Shown here: one piece after another, positions 17,939 to 26,981 of the stretch
How the letters are laid out: each line of letters starts with the position of its first letter
Position numbering within the stretch: the first letter of the stretch is position 1
Assembly (NCBI GenBank): GCA_964543815.1
Contig: CAZIZG010000005.1
Span: 9,424 to 73,423 of the forward strand
Length of the DNA: 64,000 bases
From: an uncultured Bdellovibrionales bacterium
GTDB taxonomy: Bacteria > Patescibacteriota > Minisyncoccia > Moranbacterales > UBA1568
Direction: 5' to 3'
Notes under the pieces: generated by a model
What the model saw: the letters and a program-made list of their open reading frames with translations, nothing else
What the model was told of the DNA's origin: nothing
The model's database searches: none
Program-made: the position numbers and the translations under genes

Positions 17939-20332
17939 ATGAAATACAGTTATCGTTTTCTCAAAGAATTGTCTGGGACCAAAAAAAGTCCTGAACAGTT
18001 GGCGCGTCTTCTCATGACCCATGCTTTCGAAGTGGAGGGCATCGAGAAATTCGCGCATGGTATTGATGGGGTAGTTATCGGCCAAGTTGTTAGTCTGGCA
18101 CAGCATCCCGATGCGGACAAGCTTCGGGTGGCTCAGGTAGAAGTCGGAAAAAAAGATATTCGTACGATTGTTTGTGGCGCGCCGAACATCGCTGAGGGAC
18201 AGAAAGTAGCCGTGGCTTTGCCCGGATCGACCTTGCCTGGGGGTGTCCATATTCAAGAAACAGCGCTTCGGGGCGTTGTGTCGCAGGGGATGATTTGTGG
18301 TGCCGATGAACTTGGGCTGTCACAGGAACACGAGTGTATTTTGGTTTTGCCTGAAGATGCTCCTATTGGCGCTTCGTTTGTGAAGTATGTTTCTCTCGAT
18401 GACAGCATTATTGAGGTCAAGATTTTACCGGATCGTGGCTCAGATGCTCTCGCGTATCAGGGCTTGGCTCGAGAGATTGCCGCACTTGACGGTCACGCGC
18501 CGCATTTCGGAGAGAAAGTCATGAAACCCGTTCGTTTTCCTTCATATAATAAGGCAGCCAAAGTGGCCATCGTTGACAAGAAGGGTTGCCCTCGCTATGG
18601 AGCACTCATGCTCCGTGATGTGACGGTAGATGAATCACCGCTCTGGCTCAAGGTCCGGCTTATCGTGTCAGGTCTACGCCCAATCAACAATATCGTCGAT
18701 GCAACGAACTATCTCATGCTTCTTACTGGTCAACCCATGCATGCTTTTGATGCTGACAAGATTACAGGTGCGATTTCTGTGCGTCGAGCCAAGAGGAATG
18801 AAAAACTTGTACTCTTGACTGGTGAGACCAAGAAGCTTACGTCGGATGATTTAGTTATTGCCGACAGTAAACGAGCTTTAGCTCTGGCCGGGGTGATGGG
18901 CGGACAGTTTTCTGCTGTTACGAGTGAAACTAAGAATATTTTTTTGGAAGTAGCTAATTTTGAAGGGTCGTCTATCCGTCGTACGAAAAATCGTCATAAC
19001 CTGCCGACTGACGCGAGCTATCGATTTGAGCGCAATATTGATCCAAATCTGGTGGGTGATGCTCTAAGAGAGGCAGCGGCGCTCGTGCCTCTGCTTACCA
19101 ATGGGAAGATTGTGGGCATGCGTGATGTGATTGCGAAGAAAGTGATGCCAACCAAAATCACCCTGTCGCTTGATCGGGTCGAACATGTACTCGGAGTGAA
19201 ACTGCCGCTTTTTGAAGTAGTGCAGCACTTGGCACTCCTCGGACTTAAGGTGAAGAAAGTAACTAACGAACGCAAACTCCTGGTGACTGTTCCAACGAGG
19301 CGTCCTGATTTGCGCGACGAATGGGATTTAATTGAAGAAATTGGCCGGATGCATGGGTATGATCGTATCGAGGCAGCGGCACCGCTTCTGCCGCTTCAGG
19401 CACGACAGCTTGTTTTGGAAAAGTCATTCGAACGAGCTTCCAAGGAATATCTGGCAGGCGCTGGGTTTGATGAGCTCATGACCTATTCGTTTTATGGCGA
19501 ACGAGAGATTGCAGCTGCTCGTTTACCGTTGTCTCATCATGTAGAACTCGAAAATCCACTTAGCCCAGATCAGAAGTACTTGAGAATGTCACTGGTCCCA
19601 CTTCACTTACGTAAGGCAGCGGAAAATTTGCGCCACCTTGAATGTTTTGATTGTTTCGAATGGGGGAAGGTGTTCTCAAAGCACCAGAAAACGAAACGTC
19701 CGGTAGAAGTGAGCACGATTTCGTTTATTACGGCATTAGCAAAAAAGAGCGAACGTGGTGAAGCGTTTTTTGCCCTGAAGGGGAAAGTGGCGGCCTATCT
19801 TGAGGCGTTACACATCGATCAAGCCAAGCTATCTCTCTCGCTTCCGGCAGAATACCCTGAGGTGCCGGTGCTTTCCATGCTTCATCCCACTCGCAGTGCC
19901 TGTTTTGTGGCGGATGGGAAGGTCATAGGTGTCTTGGGTGAGCTCCATCCTCAGGTGGCACATGCCTTTGGTTTGGAATCACGGGTAGCTATAGGTGGAT
20001 TTATTGCCTCAGAGCTACTGGCTCTGCAAAATCATGAAACGACTTTTGAGTCACTCCAAAAATTTCCGTATGCGCTCCGCGATATTTCACTTGTGTTTCC
20101 GCGAGAGATGACAGTTGGTCGGATAGAACGTCTACTCTTTGAAGCGGGTGCGCCGCTTTTGAAGCAGGCCAAGCTGTTTGATATCTACGAAAAAGATACG
20201 GAAAAAAGCTTTGCTTTTCATTTGGCTTTTGGGGCTGATGACCGAACACTTTCGAGTGAAGAGATGGATGAATCTTTTGATCGTATTGTCTCTCGTGCTA
20301 CTCGGGATGGTGGTCGTTTGCGTCTCTCATGA
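17939..20332 (+). CDS. pheT: Phenylalanine--tRNA ligase beta subunit
   Basis: 797 aa with N-terminal tRNA-binding fold, B3/B4 and B5 regions and C-terminal FDX-ACB domain; adjacent to pheS. Confidence 0.9.
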   Translation: MKYSYRFLKELSGTKKSPEQLARLLMTHAFEVEGIEKFAHGIDGVVIGQVVSLAQHPDADKLRVAQVEVGKKDIRTIVCGAPNIAEGQKVAVALPGSTLPGGVHIQETALRGVVSQGMICGADELGLSQEHECILVLPEDAPIGASFVKYVSLDDSIIEVKILPDRGSDALAYQGLAREIAALDGHAPHFGEKVMKPVRFPSYNKAAKVAIVDKKGCPRYGALMLRDVTVDESPLWLKVRLIVSGLRPINNIVDATNYLMLLTGQPMHAFDADKITGAISVRRAKRNEKLVLLTGETKKLTSDDLVIADSKRALALAGVMGGQFSAVTSETKNIFLEVANFEGSSIRRTKNRHNLPTDASYRFERNIDPNLVGDALREAAALVPLLTNGKIVGMRDVIAKKVMPTKITLSLDRVEHVLGVKLPLFEVVQHLALLGLKVKKVTNERKLLVTVPTRRPDLRDEWDLIEEIGRMHGYDRIEAAAPLLPLQARQLVLEKSFERASKEYLAGAGFDELMTYSFYGEREIAAARLPLSHHVELENPLSPDQKYLRMSLVPLHLRKAAENLRHLECFDCFEWGKVFSKHQKTKRPVEVSTISFITALAKKSERGEAFFALKGKVAAYLEALHIDQAKLSLSLPAEYPEVPVLSMLHPTRSACFVADGKVIGVLGELHPQVAHAFGLESRVAIGGFIASELLALQNHETTFESLQKFPYALRDISLVFPREMTVGRIERLLFEAGAPLLKQAKLFDIYEKDTEKSFAFHLAFGADDRTLSSEEMDESFDRIVSRATRDGGRLRLS

Positions 20333-21309
20333 ATACTATGACGATACGACGTCTCTCATCGTATCTTGTTTTAGGGACTCTTTTCTTGGGCACGGTATAT
20401 TTGTGGCATACGGTAATACTGCCTTGTGAGCAACCACTCGAGTATTCCCTGGGGGCTATTGATGGTCGATTTGGTTTGAACGTAGCAGATATTTTACGGG
20501 AGGCAGCGGCTGCCGAGCAACTTTGGGAGCAGGCTGCCGGTAAAGAATTGTTCCGTTATGTTCCTGATGCGGCGTTTAAGATTCATTTTATCTTTGATGA
20601 TCGGCAAGCGCAGACCCTTGAGGGGCATAAACTGGAATCTTCCCTCAAAGACGTTGAAGATTCTCAGGAGACGATTGATCGTAAGCAGCGAGAAATTCTT
20701 GGGGTCTATCAAGCTGAGAGTGCTCTGTATGAGCGTGATATTATTGCCTATAAGCGACAATTAGATGCTTATAATGAGGAAGTGGAAAAATGGAATCGAA
20801 GCGGAGGGGCGCCATCTGAAGAGTATGATCGATTAGAGCGGGTATCAAAGGAGTTGTCACGATCGCTTCAGGCACTAGAGGCTAAGCGACAAAAGGTCAA
20901 TCGACTTGCTCAATCAGTCAATGCTTTTTCCAAGCAAAAAGTAGCACTTGTTGAGGAGTATAATGCTCAAGTGGAGCAATTTGTGGGTCGGTATGGTACG
21001 CCGGGAGAATTTGATCAGGGAGAGTACGTTGGTCAGGAGATAAATATCTATCAGTACGAGGATTTTCCTCATTTGCGGGCGGTACTGACCCATGAGTTCG
21101 GGCATGCTCTTGGTCTCGTCCATGGGGCCAATCCTCAGTCGGTTATGTATCACCTCATGAAGGACCAGGATCTTAATCCGCTCACGCTGTCTGATGAGGA
21201 CCAGGCTATGCTCTCCACTCAGTGTGGTCAGACGATTTGGGATGTTATACCCGAGAGACTAAATCTTCTCAGAGAAAGGGTATTTTCGAAAGCTATGGAT
21301 GTGGAGTAA
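20329..21309 (+). CDS. Membrane-anchored matrixin-like zinc metalloprotease with a long coiled-coil insertion
   Basis: N-terminal TM; HEFGHALGLVHGANPQSVMY matches HExxHxxGxxH plus Met-turn; about 130 aa of heptad-like charged sequence precedes the active-site helix. Confidence 0.65.
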   Translation: MNTMTIRRLSSYLVLGTLFLGTVYLWHTVILPCEQPLEYSLGAIDGRFGLNVADILREAAAAEQLWEQAAGKELFRYVPDAAFKIHFIFDDRQAQTLEGHKLESSLKDVEDSQETIDRKQREILGVYQAESALYERDIIAYKRQLDAYNEEVEKWNRSGGAPSEEYDRLERVSKELSRSLQALEAKRQKVNRLAQSVNAFSKQKVALVEEYNAQVEQFVGRYGTPGEFDQGEYVGQEINIYQYEDFPHLRAVLTHEFGHALGLVHGANPQSVMYHLMKDQDLNPLTLSDEDQAMLSTQCGQTIWDVIPERLNLLRERVFSKAMDVE

Positions 21310-21318
21310 AGTAAAGAT

Positions 21319-22434
21319 ATGAAAATCGCTTTGGTACATGATTATCTGGTGCAGTACGGCGGAGCGGAGCGAGTGCTTCAGGCTTTTACGGAACTTTTTC
21401 CTTACGCGCCGATTTATACGCTTATTCATGATGATGAAGCAATGCGGGGTCAGTTTTCTGACAAACGCATTTACACTTCATTTTTGCAAAAGATGCCGTT
21501 TTCTCGTAAGCGTCACCGGTTTTTCCCGCCGCTTATGCCACTCGCTATCGAGGAATTTGACTTCAGTCAGTATGATATCGTGTTGTCGGACTCGTCGAGT
21601 TATGCCAAGGGTATTATCACTCGGCCTGAGACACTTCATATCTGCTACATGCATACACCGATGCGCTATGCCTGGGATGATTGCCAGAAATATACTCAGG
21701 ATTTTGGTTTTCCGAACGTGATTAAAAAATTGGTGCCGTTTTTTATGAGTCCGATTCGGCTATGGGACAAGGCGAGTGCTGATCGGGTGGATCGCTATCT
21801 TGCCAATTCTCAATTTGTGAGTAAACGTATTCAAAAATATTATCACAAAGATGCGACAGTGATTCATCCGCCCGTCAATGTAGAGAATTTTTATGTTGCC
21901 AAACCAGAGGAACGAAAGCCGTATTTTCTCATGGTGGGGCGACTGATTGCCTACAAACGTCATGACATTGCCATCGAGGCGTTCAATCGTCTTGGTTTGC
22001 CCCTCAAAATTATTGGTCGGGGACCAGAAATGAAGCGGTTACAGAAGTTAGCTGGACCAACCGTAGAATTTCTTGGGCGAGTGCCAGAGGAGGAATTGCC
22101 TCGGTACTATGCTGAGTGTCGGGGATTTGTTTTTCCTCAGGAGGAGGATTTTGGGATCGTGGCGATTGAAGCCATGGCTTCCGGCCGACCGTTGATTGCT
22201 TATCGTGGCGGTGATATTGTTGAGCATATGATAGAGGGTCAGATGGGAGTGTATTTTGACGAACAGACTTCCGATGCCATTGTCGATGCGGTTGCTCGAT
22301 TTGATGAACATCAGTACCATCCTGATTTTATTCGCCAGCAGGCCCTCCGTTTTGACAAAGAGCAGTTTAAAGCTACAATAAAAAACCACGTTGAACAGGC
22401 ACTTCAAGAGCACTTAGCCAAGAGAAATTCATAA
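21319..22434 (+). CDS. Glycosyltransferase family 4
   Basis: GT-B/GT4 C-terminal EX7E-type region (GFVFPQEEDFGIVAIEAMASGRP). Confidence 0.8.
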   Translation: MKIALVHDYLVQYGGAERVLQAFTELFPYAPIYTLIHDDEAMRGQFSDKRIYTSFLQKMPFSRKRHRFFPPLMPLAIEEFDFSQYDIVLSDSSSYAKGIITRPETLHICYMHTPMRYAWDDCQKYTQDFGFPNVIKKLVPFFMSPIRLWDKASADRVDRYLANSQFVSKRIQKYYHKDATVIHPPVNVENFYVAKPEERKPYFLMVGRLIAYKRHDIAIEAFNRLGLPLKIIGRGPEMKRLQKLAGPTVEFLGRVPEEELPRYYAECRGFVFPQEEDFGIVAIEAMASGRPLIAYRGGDIVEHMIEGQMGVYFDEQTSDAIVDAVARFDEHQYHPDFIRQQALRFDKEQFKATIKNHVEQALQEHLAKRNS

Positions 22435-22445
22435 TTGACAGGCCT

Positions 22446-23057
22446 ATGGAACTTCGAGAATTACTGGCAGTTTTACGCGGACACAGAAATCAGTACTTAG
22501 GGATTATTCTGGTATTTGTCTTTGTCGCGTGGGTATGGCAGAAGGAACAACCTGTCTCCTACCAGGCTACCCTCCTCATGAATATTGGTCGGGCCGGTGC
22601 GAGTGAAACGACAGACTATACGTATGATAGTTTCTATCGCCTTCAGGCCGATGAGCGGTTCGCTGATACGGTGGTGCGATGGCTCTCTACTCCAAGGGTT
22701 GTTGAAGATATCTATAAGGAGGCTCAGTTGAATAGTGCCTCGCTTGGTATCAAAGATCTCAGCAGAGCTTTTACGGCTGGTCGGCTATCCTCCCAGGTTA
22801 TTTCTGTTCAGTATCGGAGTGAAAATGAGAAACGACTAGAAAATCTCGCTCAGGCTGCAGTTACGGTACTCAATCGTTATACGGATACACTCAACACCAA
22901 CGAACGTGAAAAGAGCTGGTTTGTTATCATTGGGAGCGACCCAGTCATTCGTGATGGAAGGGTCAGTCTTGGCCTGGCACTCATGGTTGGTTTCCTGGTC
23001 GGACTCTTTGTTGGTTTTTGGGTGGTACTCTTCAAACATTACTTTTCTAGGAACTGA
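22446..23057 (+). CDS. Wzz/polysaccharide co-polymerase-like protein (paralog 1 of 3)
   Basis: 203 aa with TM helices at both ends flanking a periplasmic alpha/beta region; similar to the proteins at 45636 and 60811; sits between two GT4 genes. Confidence 0.5.
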   Translation: MELRELLAVLRGHRNQYLGIILVFVFVAWVWQKEQPVSYQATLLMNIGRAGASETTDYTYDSFYRLQADERFADTVVRWLSTPRVVEDIYKEAQLNSASLGIKDLSRAFTAGRLSSQVISVQYRSENEKRLENLAQAAVTVLNRYTDTLNTNEREKSWFVIIGSDPVIRDGRVSLGLALMVGFLVGLFVGFWVVLFKHYFSRN

Positions 23058-23062
23058 CTGAC

Positions 23063-24214
23063 ATGCGCATAGGGATAGATATACGGTGTCTTGCGGAGGG
23101 AAAGCGCACAGGAGTCGAAGAATATACCATAGCTCTGCTCCGAGAGCTGTTTGAGCATGACCAGGAAAATGAGTACATACTTTTCTTTAACGCCTGGCGA
23201 CGTACTACCCCAGACTTTACTTGGGTGACACGCTCTCCGAGAGTAACGCTTCGCACGTTTCATTTTCCTAATAAGCTCCTCAATCTTTCTTTGTGGTATT
23301 TTGGCTGGCCCAAGCTCGATCGTTTGATTGGGGGAACGGATATTTTTTTTCTACCAAACCTCAATTTTGCTGCCGTCTCACGTCACACGAAACTCGTGGT
23401 AACGGCTCACGATCTTTCTTTTGAACTGTTTCCGGAAACATTCTCATGGAAGCAGCGTTTTTGGCACTACCTCATCGATTTCCGTCGTCTTACCAGGCAG
23501 GCACATCGGGTGATTGCTGTCTCATGTTCAACGAAGCAGGATTTGATAGCTGAGTATAGGGTGCCAGAGAAAAAGATTGTGATTATTAAAAGTGGTATTG
23601 ATGCTCGCTTTATACCCATGAATCGGAATGATGCCGAACTCATTCGTATCAAAGAACGATATAGGTTACCATATCGCTTCATTTTGTATCTTGGAACCTT
23701 TGAGCCACGCAAAAATATTTTAGCCCTGGTGCGAGCGTATGAGGCGCTCATGCGAACAGGTGGACCGGCCCTGGAGAAGTATGAGCTCGTGCTGGCTGGT
23801 GCGCCTGGATGGAAGTTCCAGGAGCTTCTGGAAGCTTGCCAGTCTTCGCTCTATCACGAAAAAATCCACTTGACAGGTTTTATTGCTGATCAGGACAAGG
23901 TAGGATTATATAATTTGGCGAGTGTTTTTGTCTACCCTTCGTTTTATGAAGGTTTCGGTTTTCCGCCACTTGAAGCCATGGCGTGCGGTATTCCGGCTAT
24001 CACCTCTCATTCCTCTTCGTTGCCGGAAGTGGTTGGCAAAGCGGGTATAACCATTGATCCGTACCAGCCGGATGAACTGTATCAAGCGCTCAAAAGCGTT
24101 TTGGAACAGCCGGAATTGGTACGTGCTCTTGAACAATCTGGACCGAAGCAGGCAGCGCAATTTTCTTGGACCAAGGCGGCTCATGACACACTGGCGCTTT
24201 TTCGTGGCCTCTGA
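23063..24214 (+). CDS. Glycosyltransferase family 4
   Basis: GT4 signature region FVYPSFYEGFGFPPLEAMACGIPAI. Confidence 0.8.
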   Translation: MRIGIDIRCLAEGKRTGVEEYTIALLRELFEHDQENEYILFFNAWRRTTPDFTWVTRSPRVTLRTFHFPNKLLNLSLWYFGWPKLDRLIGGTDIFFLPNLNFAAVSRHTKLVVTAHDLSFELFPETFSWKQRFWHYLIDFRRLTRQAHRVIAVSCSTKQDLIAEYRVPEKKIVIIKSGIDARFIPMNRNDAELIRIKERYRLPYRFILYLGTFEPRKNILALVRAYEALMRTGGPALEKYELVLAGAPGWKFQELLEACQSSLYHEKIHLTGFIADQDKVGLYNLASVFVYPSFYEGFGFPPLEAMACGIPAITSHSSSLPEVVGKAGITIDPYQPDELYQALKSVLEQPELVRALEQSGPKQAAQFSWTKAAHDTLALFRGL

Positions 24215-24309
24215 TTTCCGGGAATACGCCTTGGCTTCTTTGCTTGCCAAATTTAAGGGAAAAACGGTACTATGGAGATACTAATTTGCTTTGTTGTGAA
24301 AGAAATATT

Positions 24310-24972
24310 ATGAACGGATTGATGAAAATTGGCGGAGCAGCCATTTTGGTTATCGGAGCATTTTTTCTTTTCAAATACGGGTTTAGCTCTGATTCTGATG
24401 CGACTGGGTCAATTAATAGTGCGCTTACTGACGTGACAGAGCAGGACTGGGTGAAGGGAAGCGCTGATGCGCCGGTGACGCTCGTTGAATATACGGACTT
24501 TCAGTGCCCGGCTTGCGGCGCCTATTACCCGATAGTAAAACAACTCATAGATGAAAAGAGTGATCAGTTACGATTGGTTGTTAGACAGTATCCGCTCATT
24601 CAAATCCACAAAAATGCTTTGACGGGCGCCAGGGCCTCCGAAGCCGCTGGCAAACAAGGGAAGTTTTGGGAGATGTATGACCTCCTTTTTACTAATCAGG
24701 CAGAGTGGTCCAATGCTGACGATCCGATGAAGAGCATCATTCCTTCTTATGCCGGCCGGATTGGTCTCGATATCGAGCGGTTTCGTAAGGATATGACTGA
24801 CCAGGCCATTGATGACAAGATTACCCATGATCGCAAGACGGGGGACGATCTCAAGATTACGGGGACACCAAGTTTTTTCCTCAATGGCAAGCAGGTTGAA
24901 TTGAAAAATATTCGGAGCTTTGATGATTTCAAAAAAATCGTTGAAAAGGCGATTGCTGACAGTCAAAAGTAA
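24310..24972 (+). CDS. DsbA-like thiol:disulfide oxidoreductase, membrane-anchored
   Basis: N-terminal TM then a thioredoxin fold with CPAC active site (FQCPACGAYYP). ATG 24310 chosen over the ORF-track start. Confidence 0.7.
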   Translation: MNGLMKIGGAAILVIGAFFLFKYGFSSDSDATGSINSALTDVTEQDWVKGSADAPVTLVEYTDFQCPACGAYYPIVKQLIDEKSDQLRLVVRQYPLIQIHKNALTGARASEAAGKQGKFWEMYDLLFTNQAEWSNADDPMKSIIPSYAGRIGLDIERFRKDMTDQAIDDKITHDRKTGDDLKITGTPSFFLNGKQVELKNIRSFDDFKKIVEKAIADSQK

Positions 24973-25064
24973 GTACCTTGTCAGGTTTTTCGCTCACGAT
25001 ATACTGGAAAGGCACAGATTTGTGCCAGTTTATAGCTAAATCGTGACTGGCTAAAAATAAAAAT

Positions 25065-26438
25065 ATGGGGCTGCGGGATAAAAAAAGGAAATCGATATCG
25101 TCAGTTTTGTTGGCGAGCTTGTCTTTTGTGATGTTGGCTGGAGCAGCTTTGTTTGTCACCGCTCATACGCAGTCTTGGGTGCCGGTTTCATTGGCTAAAG
25201 GGGATGACAACGGGGATGATGGTGATGACGACGGAGGCGATGATGGTGATAGCAAGGATGATAAAGAGAAGGAGAGCGAAAAAAAGAAATCAGAGGCTGA
25301 CAAGAAAGCCAAAGAGGAGGCAAAGAAGAAGGCTGAACGAGAGTCTGAAGCTGCCAAAAAGTCGGCTGAACAAATGCGGAAGTCTTCAGGAAGTGGAAAC
25401 GAGGCGGAAAACGAATCTGACGATATCAATGATGATCATGGTATCGAGGTTGAGGATGAGGACGAGAATGAGAGTGGCGATGATAACGGAATGTTTAAGG
25501 ATCGCACCAAGACTCTTTCTAAACTTGATGAAGAGTTAGCGAAAGCTGAAAAGGAAATTCTTGAGAAGCAGGCCGAGGGTGTTGATGTAACAGCCGCTCT
25601 TGCTCGATTGGCTGAGGCCAAGGCGAAAGCTGGTACAGTCGGCGCTGCTTTTGACGCCAATGACTTGGCAGCAGTGAAGGATCTTGGCCAAGAAGTGAAG
25701 AAACTTGCTCATTTTGCCAGTCACGACGATCTTCATGATGCCAAAAAGGTCGCGGAGAATGTAGCGCGTGTAGCGAAGCGCATCGCTCAAACAACCGGAA
25801 AAATATCGCTTCTTGAAGCGGTCGGAGGTGATGGTTCAGCATTTAAGGCTTCCTTGGCAACGCTCGAGACGGAATACGCCGGGCTCAAAGAAACCGTCAC
25901 AGCCGGGAGTTATGATGTGGTAGCTATGGAAGCTTCACTTCGTACCCTTGAGCGCAAGGTGAAGGCTGTTAAGAGTAGTGTTGAAGCCGCTATCTATGCC
26001 CTGGGTGGTACTGATAGTAAATACGATGATGATTATGAGGATGAGTCTCATGACGTGGCGGAGCATTTAAATGATGTGGCGGAGATCGAGGATGATCATG
26101 TCGGCTTGGTTATCCATGGCATTGCCGAGGATCACAAGAGTTCTGCCAAAAAGGTTGGAGAGGTGGTTACTAAGATTGACAATCGTAACCCGGTACTGCA
26201 GACACTTCTTGGTTCGAGCAGTAGTGATTTGAACGAGCTTGAGCAGGAGATTGCTGCTAATAAGTCACGGGTTGAGATGTTGACTCAGGCAGCGAACTCC
26301 GTGTCAGACCCGGATGTTCAGACAATGCTGTTTGACCAGATAGAGACCCTCAAAGAACAGACTGCCAAGCTCGAAACATTTGTAGAAGGTCAGCGTGACC
26401 GCCTCAGCGTCCTTGGTTGGTTCTTTAAGTTGTTCTAA
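25065..26438 (+). CDS. Hypothetical membrane-anchored, highly charged (D/E/K-rich) coiled-coil surface protein
   Basis: 457 aa with an N-terminal hydrophobic anchor, a poly-acidic DDNGDDGDDDGGDDGD tract, a KE-rich low-complexity region and alpha-helical heptad-like repeats. Confidence 0.5.
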   Translation: MGLRDKKRKSISSVLLASLSFVMLAGAALFVTAHTQSWVPVSLAKGDDNGDDGDDDGGDDGDSKDDKEKESEKKKSEADKKAKEEAKKKAERESEAAKKSAEQMRKSSGSGNEAENESDDINDDHGIEVEDEDENESGDDNGMFKDRTKTLSKLDEELAKAEKEILEKQAEGVDVTAALARLAEAKAKAGTVGAAFDANDLAAVKDLGQEVKKLAHFASHDDLHDAKKVAENVARVAKRIAQTTGKISLLEAVGGDGSAFKASLATLETEYAGLKETVTAGSYDVVAMEASLRTLERKVKAVKSSVEAAIYALGGTDSKYDDDYEDESHDVAEHLNDVAEIEDDHVGLVIHGIAEDHKSSAKKVGEVVTKIDNRNPVLQTLLGSSSSDLNELEQEIAANKSRVEMLTQAANSVSDPDVQTMLFDQIETLKEQTAKLETFVEGQRDRLSVLGWFFKLF

Positions 26439-26452
26439 AGGAAGTCTGCTAA

Positions 26453-26486
26453 AAAAGAAAAGAGAGCTCGAGCTCTCTTTTCTTTT
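26453..26486. terminator. 34-bp perfect palindrome (AAAAGAAAAGAGAGCTCGAGCTCTCTTTTCTTTT), probable bidirectional terminator
   Basis: Perfect 15-bp arms around a CTCGAG centre with T-run/A-run arms; lies 15 nt after the stop of the upstream gene. Confidence 0.55.
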
Positions 26487-26551
26487 CGTACAGTCGTTTT
26501 CATGGTAAAATTTGTTTACATTGAAGTGGTAACCCGCCATTTTTTGTTTCT

Positions 26552-26977
26552 ATGGATAGAAAATCAGAGCTGATATCTTGGATATTTTTTGTGGTATCAG
26601 CTTTCGTAATTGTGACTCTTTTTTCAAAATTTTATATATTAAGAGATTATACTTTGCGAAGTGAGGTTGCGTGTAATCCCCAATCGGAAGTTTGTTTTAT
26701 TCGGTCTTGCTCTGAAGACTGTGAGGAAGAAGCTAGCCCCGAATATTATAAGATTCGAATGATTCATGCTAGTGATGTGCCGTTATGTGATCCACATGTG
26801 GAGGAGTGCGCTCAAATCGATTGTAAGTCAGTGATTTCATGTGAAGAGCAATATTGCACTGAAGAATCTGTTCCGGAAGGCGAATCTTGTAGCGCAATTG
26901 AAAACTTTTTGATTGAGGAATCAGAGGGTGATACGGAGGAAGTGATGGAAATAAATGATAATCCCGAAGAAGAATAG
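26552..26977 (+). CDS. Hypothetical Cys-rich small membrane protein with an acidic C-terminal tail
   Basis: 141 aa with an N-terminal TM helix, 15 cysteines in the extracytoplasmic part and a C-terminal EESEGDTEEVMEINDNPEEE; the stop lies 4 nt before the next start. Confidence 0.5.
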   Translation: MDRKSELISWIFFVVSAFVIVTLFSKFYILRDYTLRSEVACNPQSEVCFIRSCSEDCEEEASPEYYKIRMIHASDVPLCDPHVEECAQIDCKSVISCEEQYCTEESVPEGESCSAIENFLIEESEGDTEEVMEINDNPEEE

Positions 26978-26981
26978 TGTT

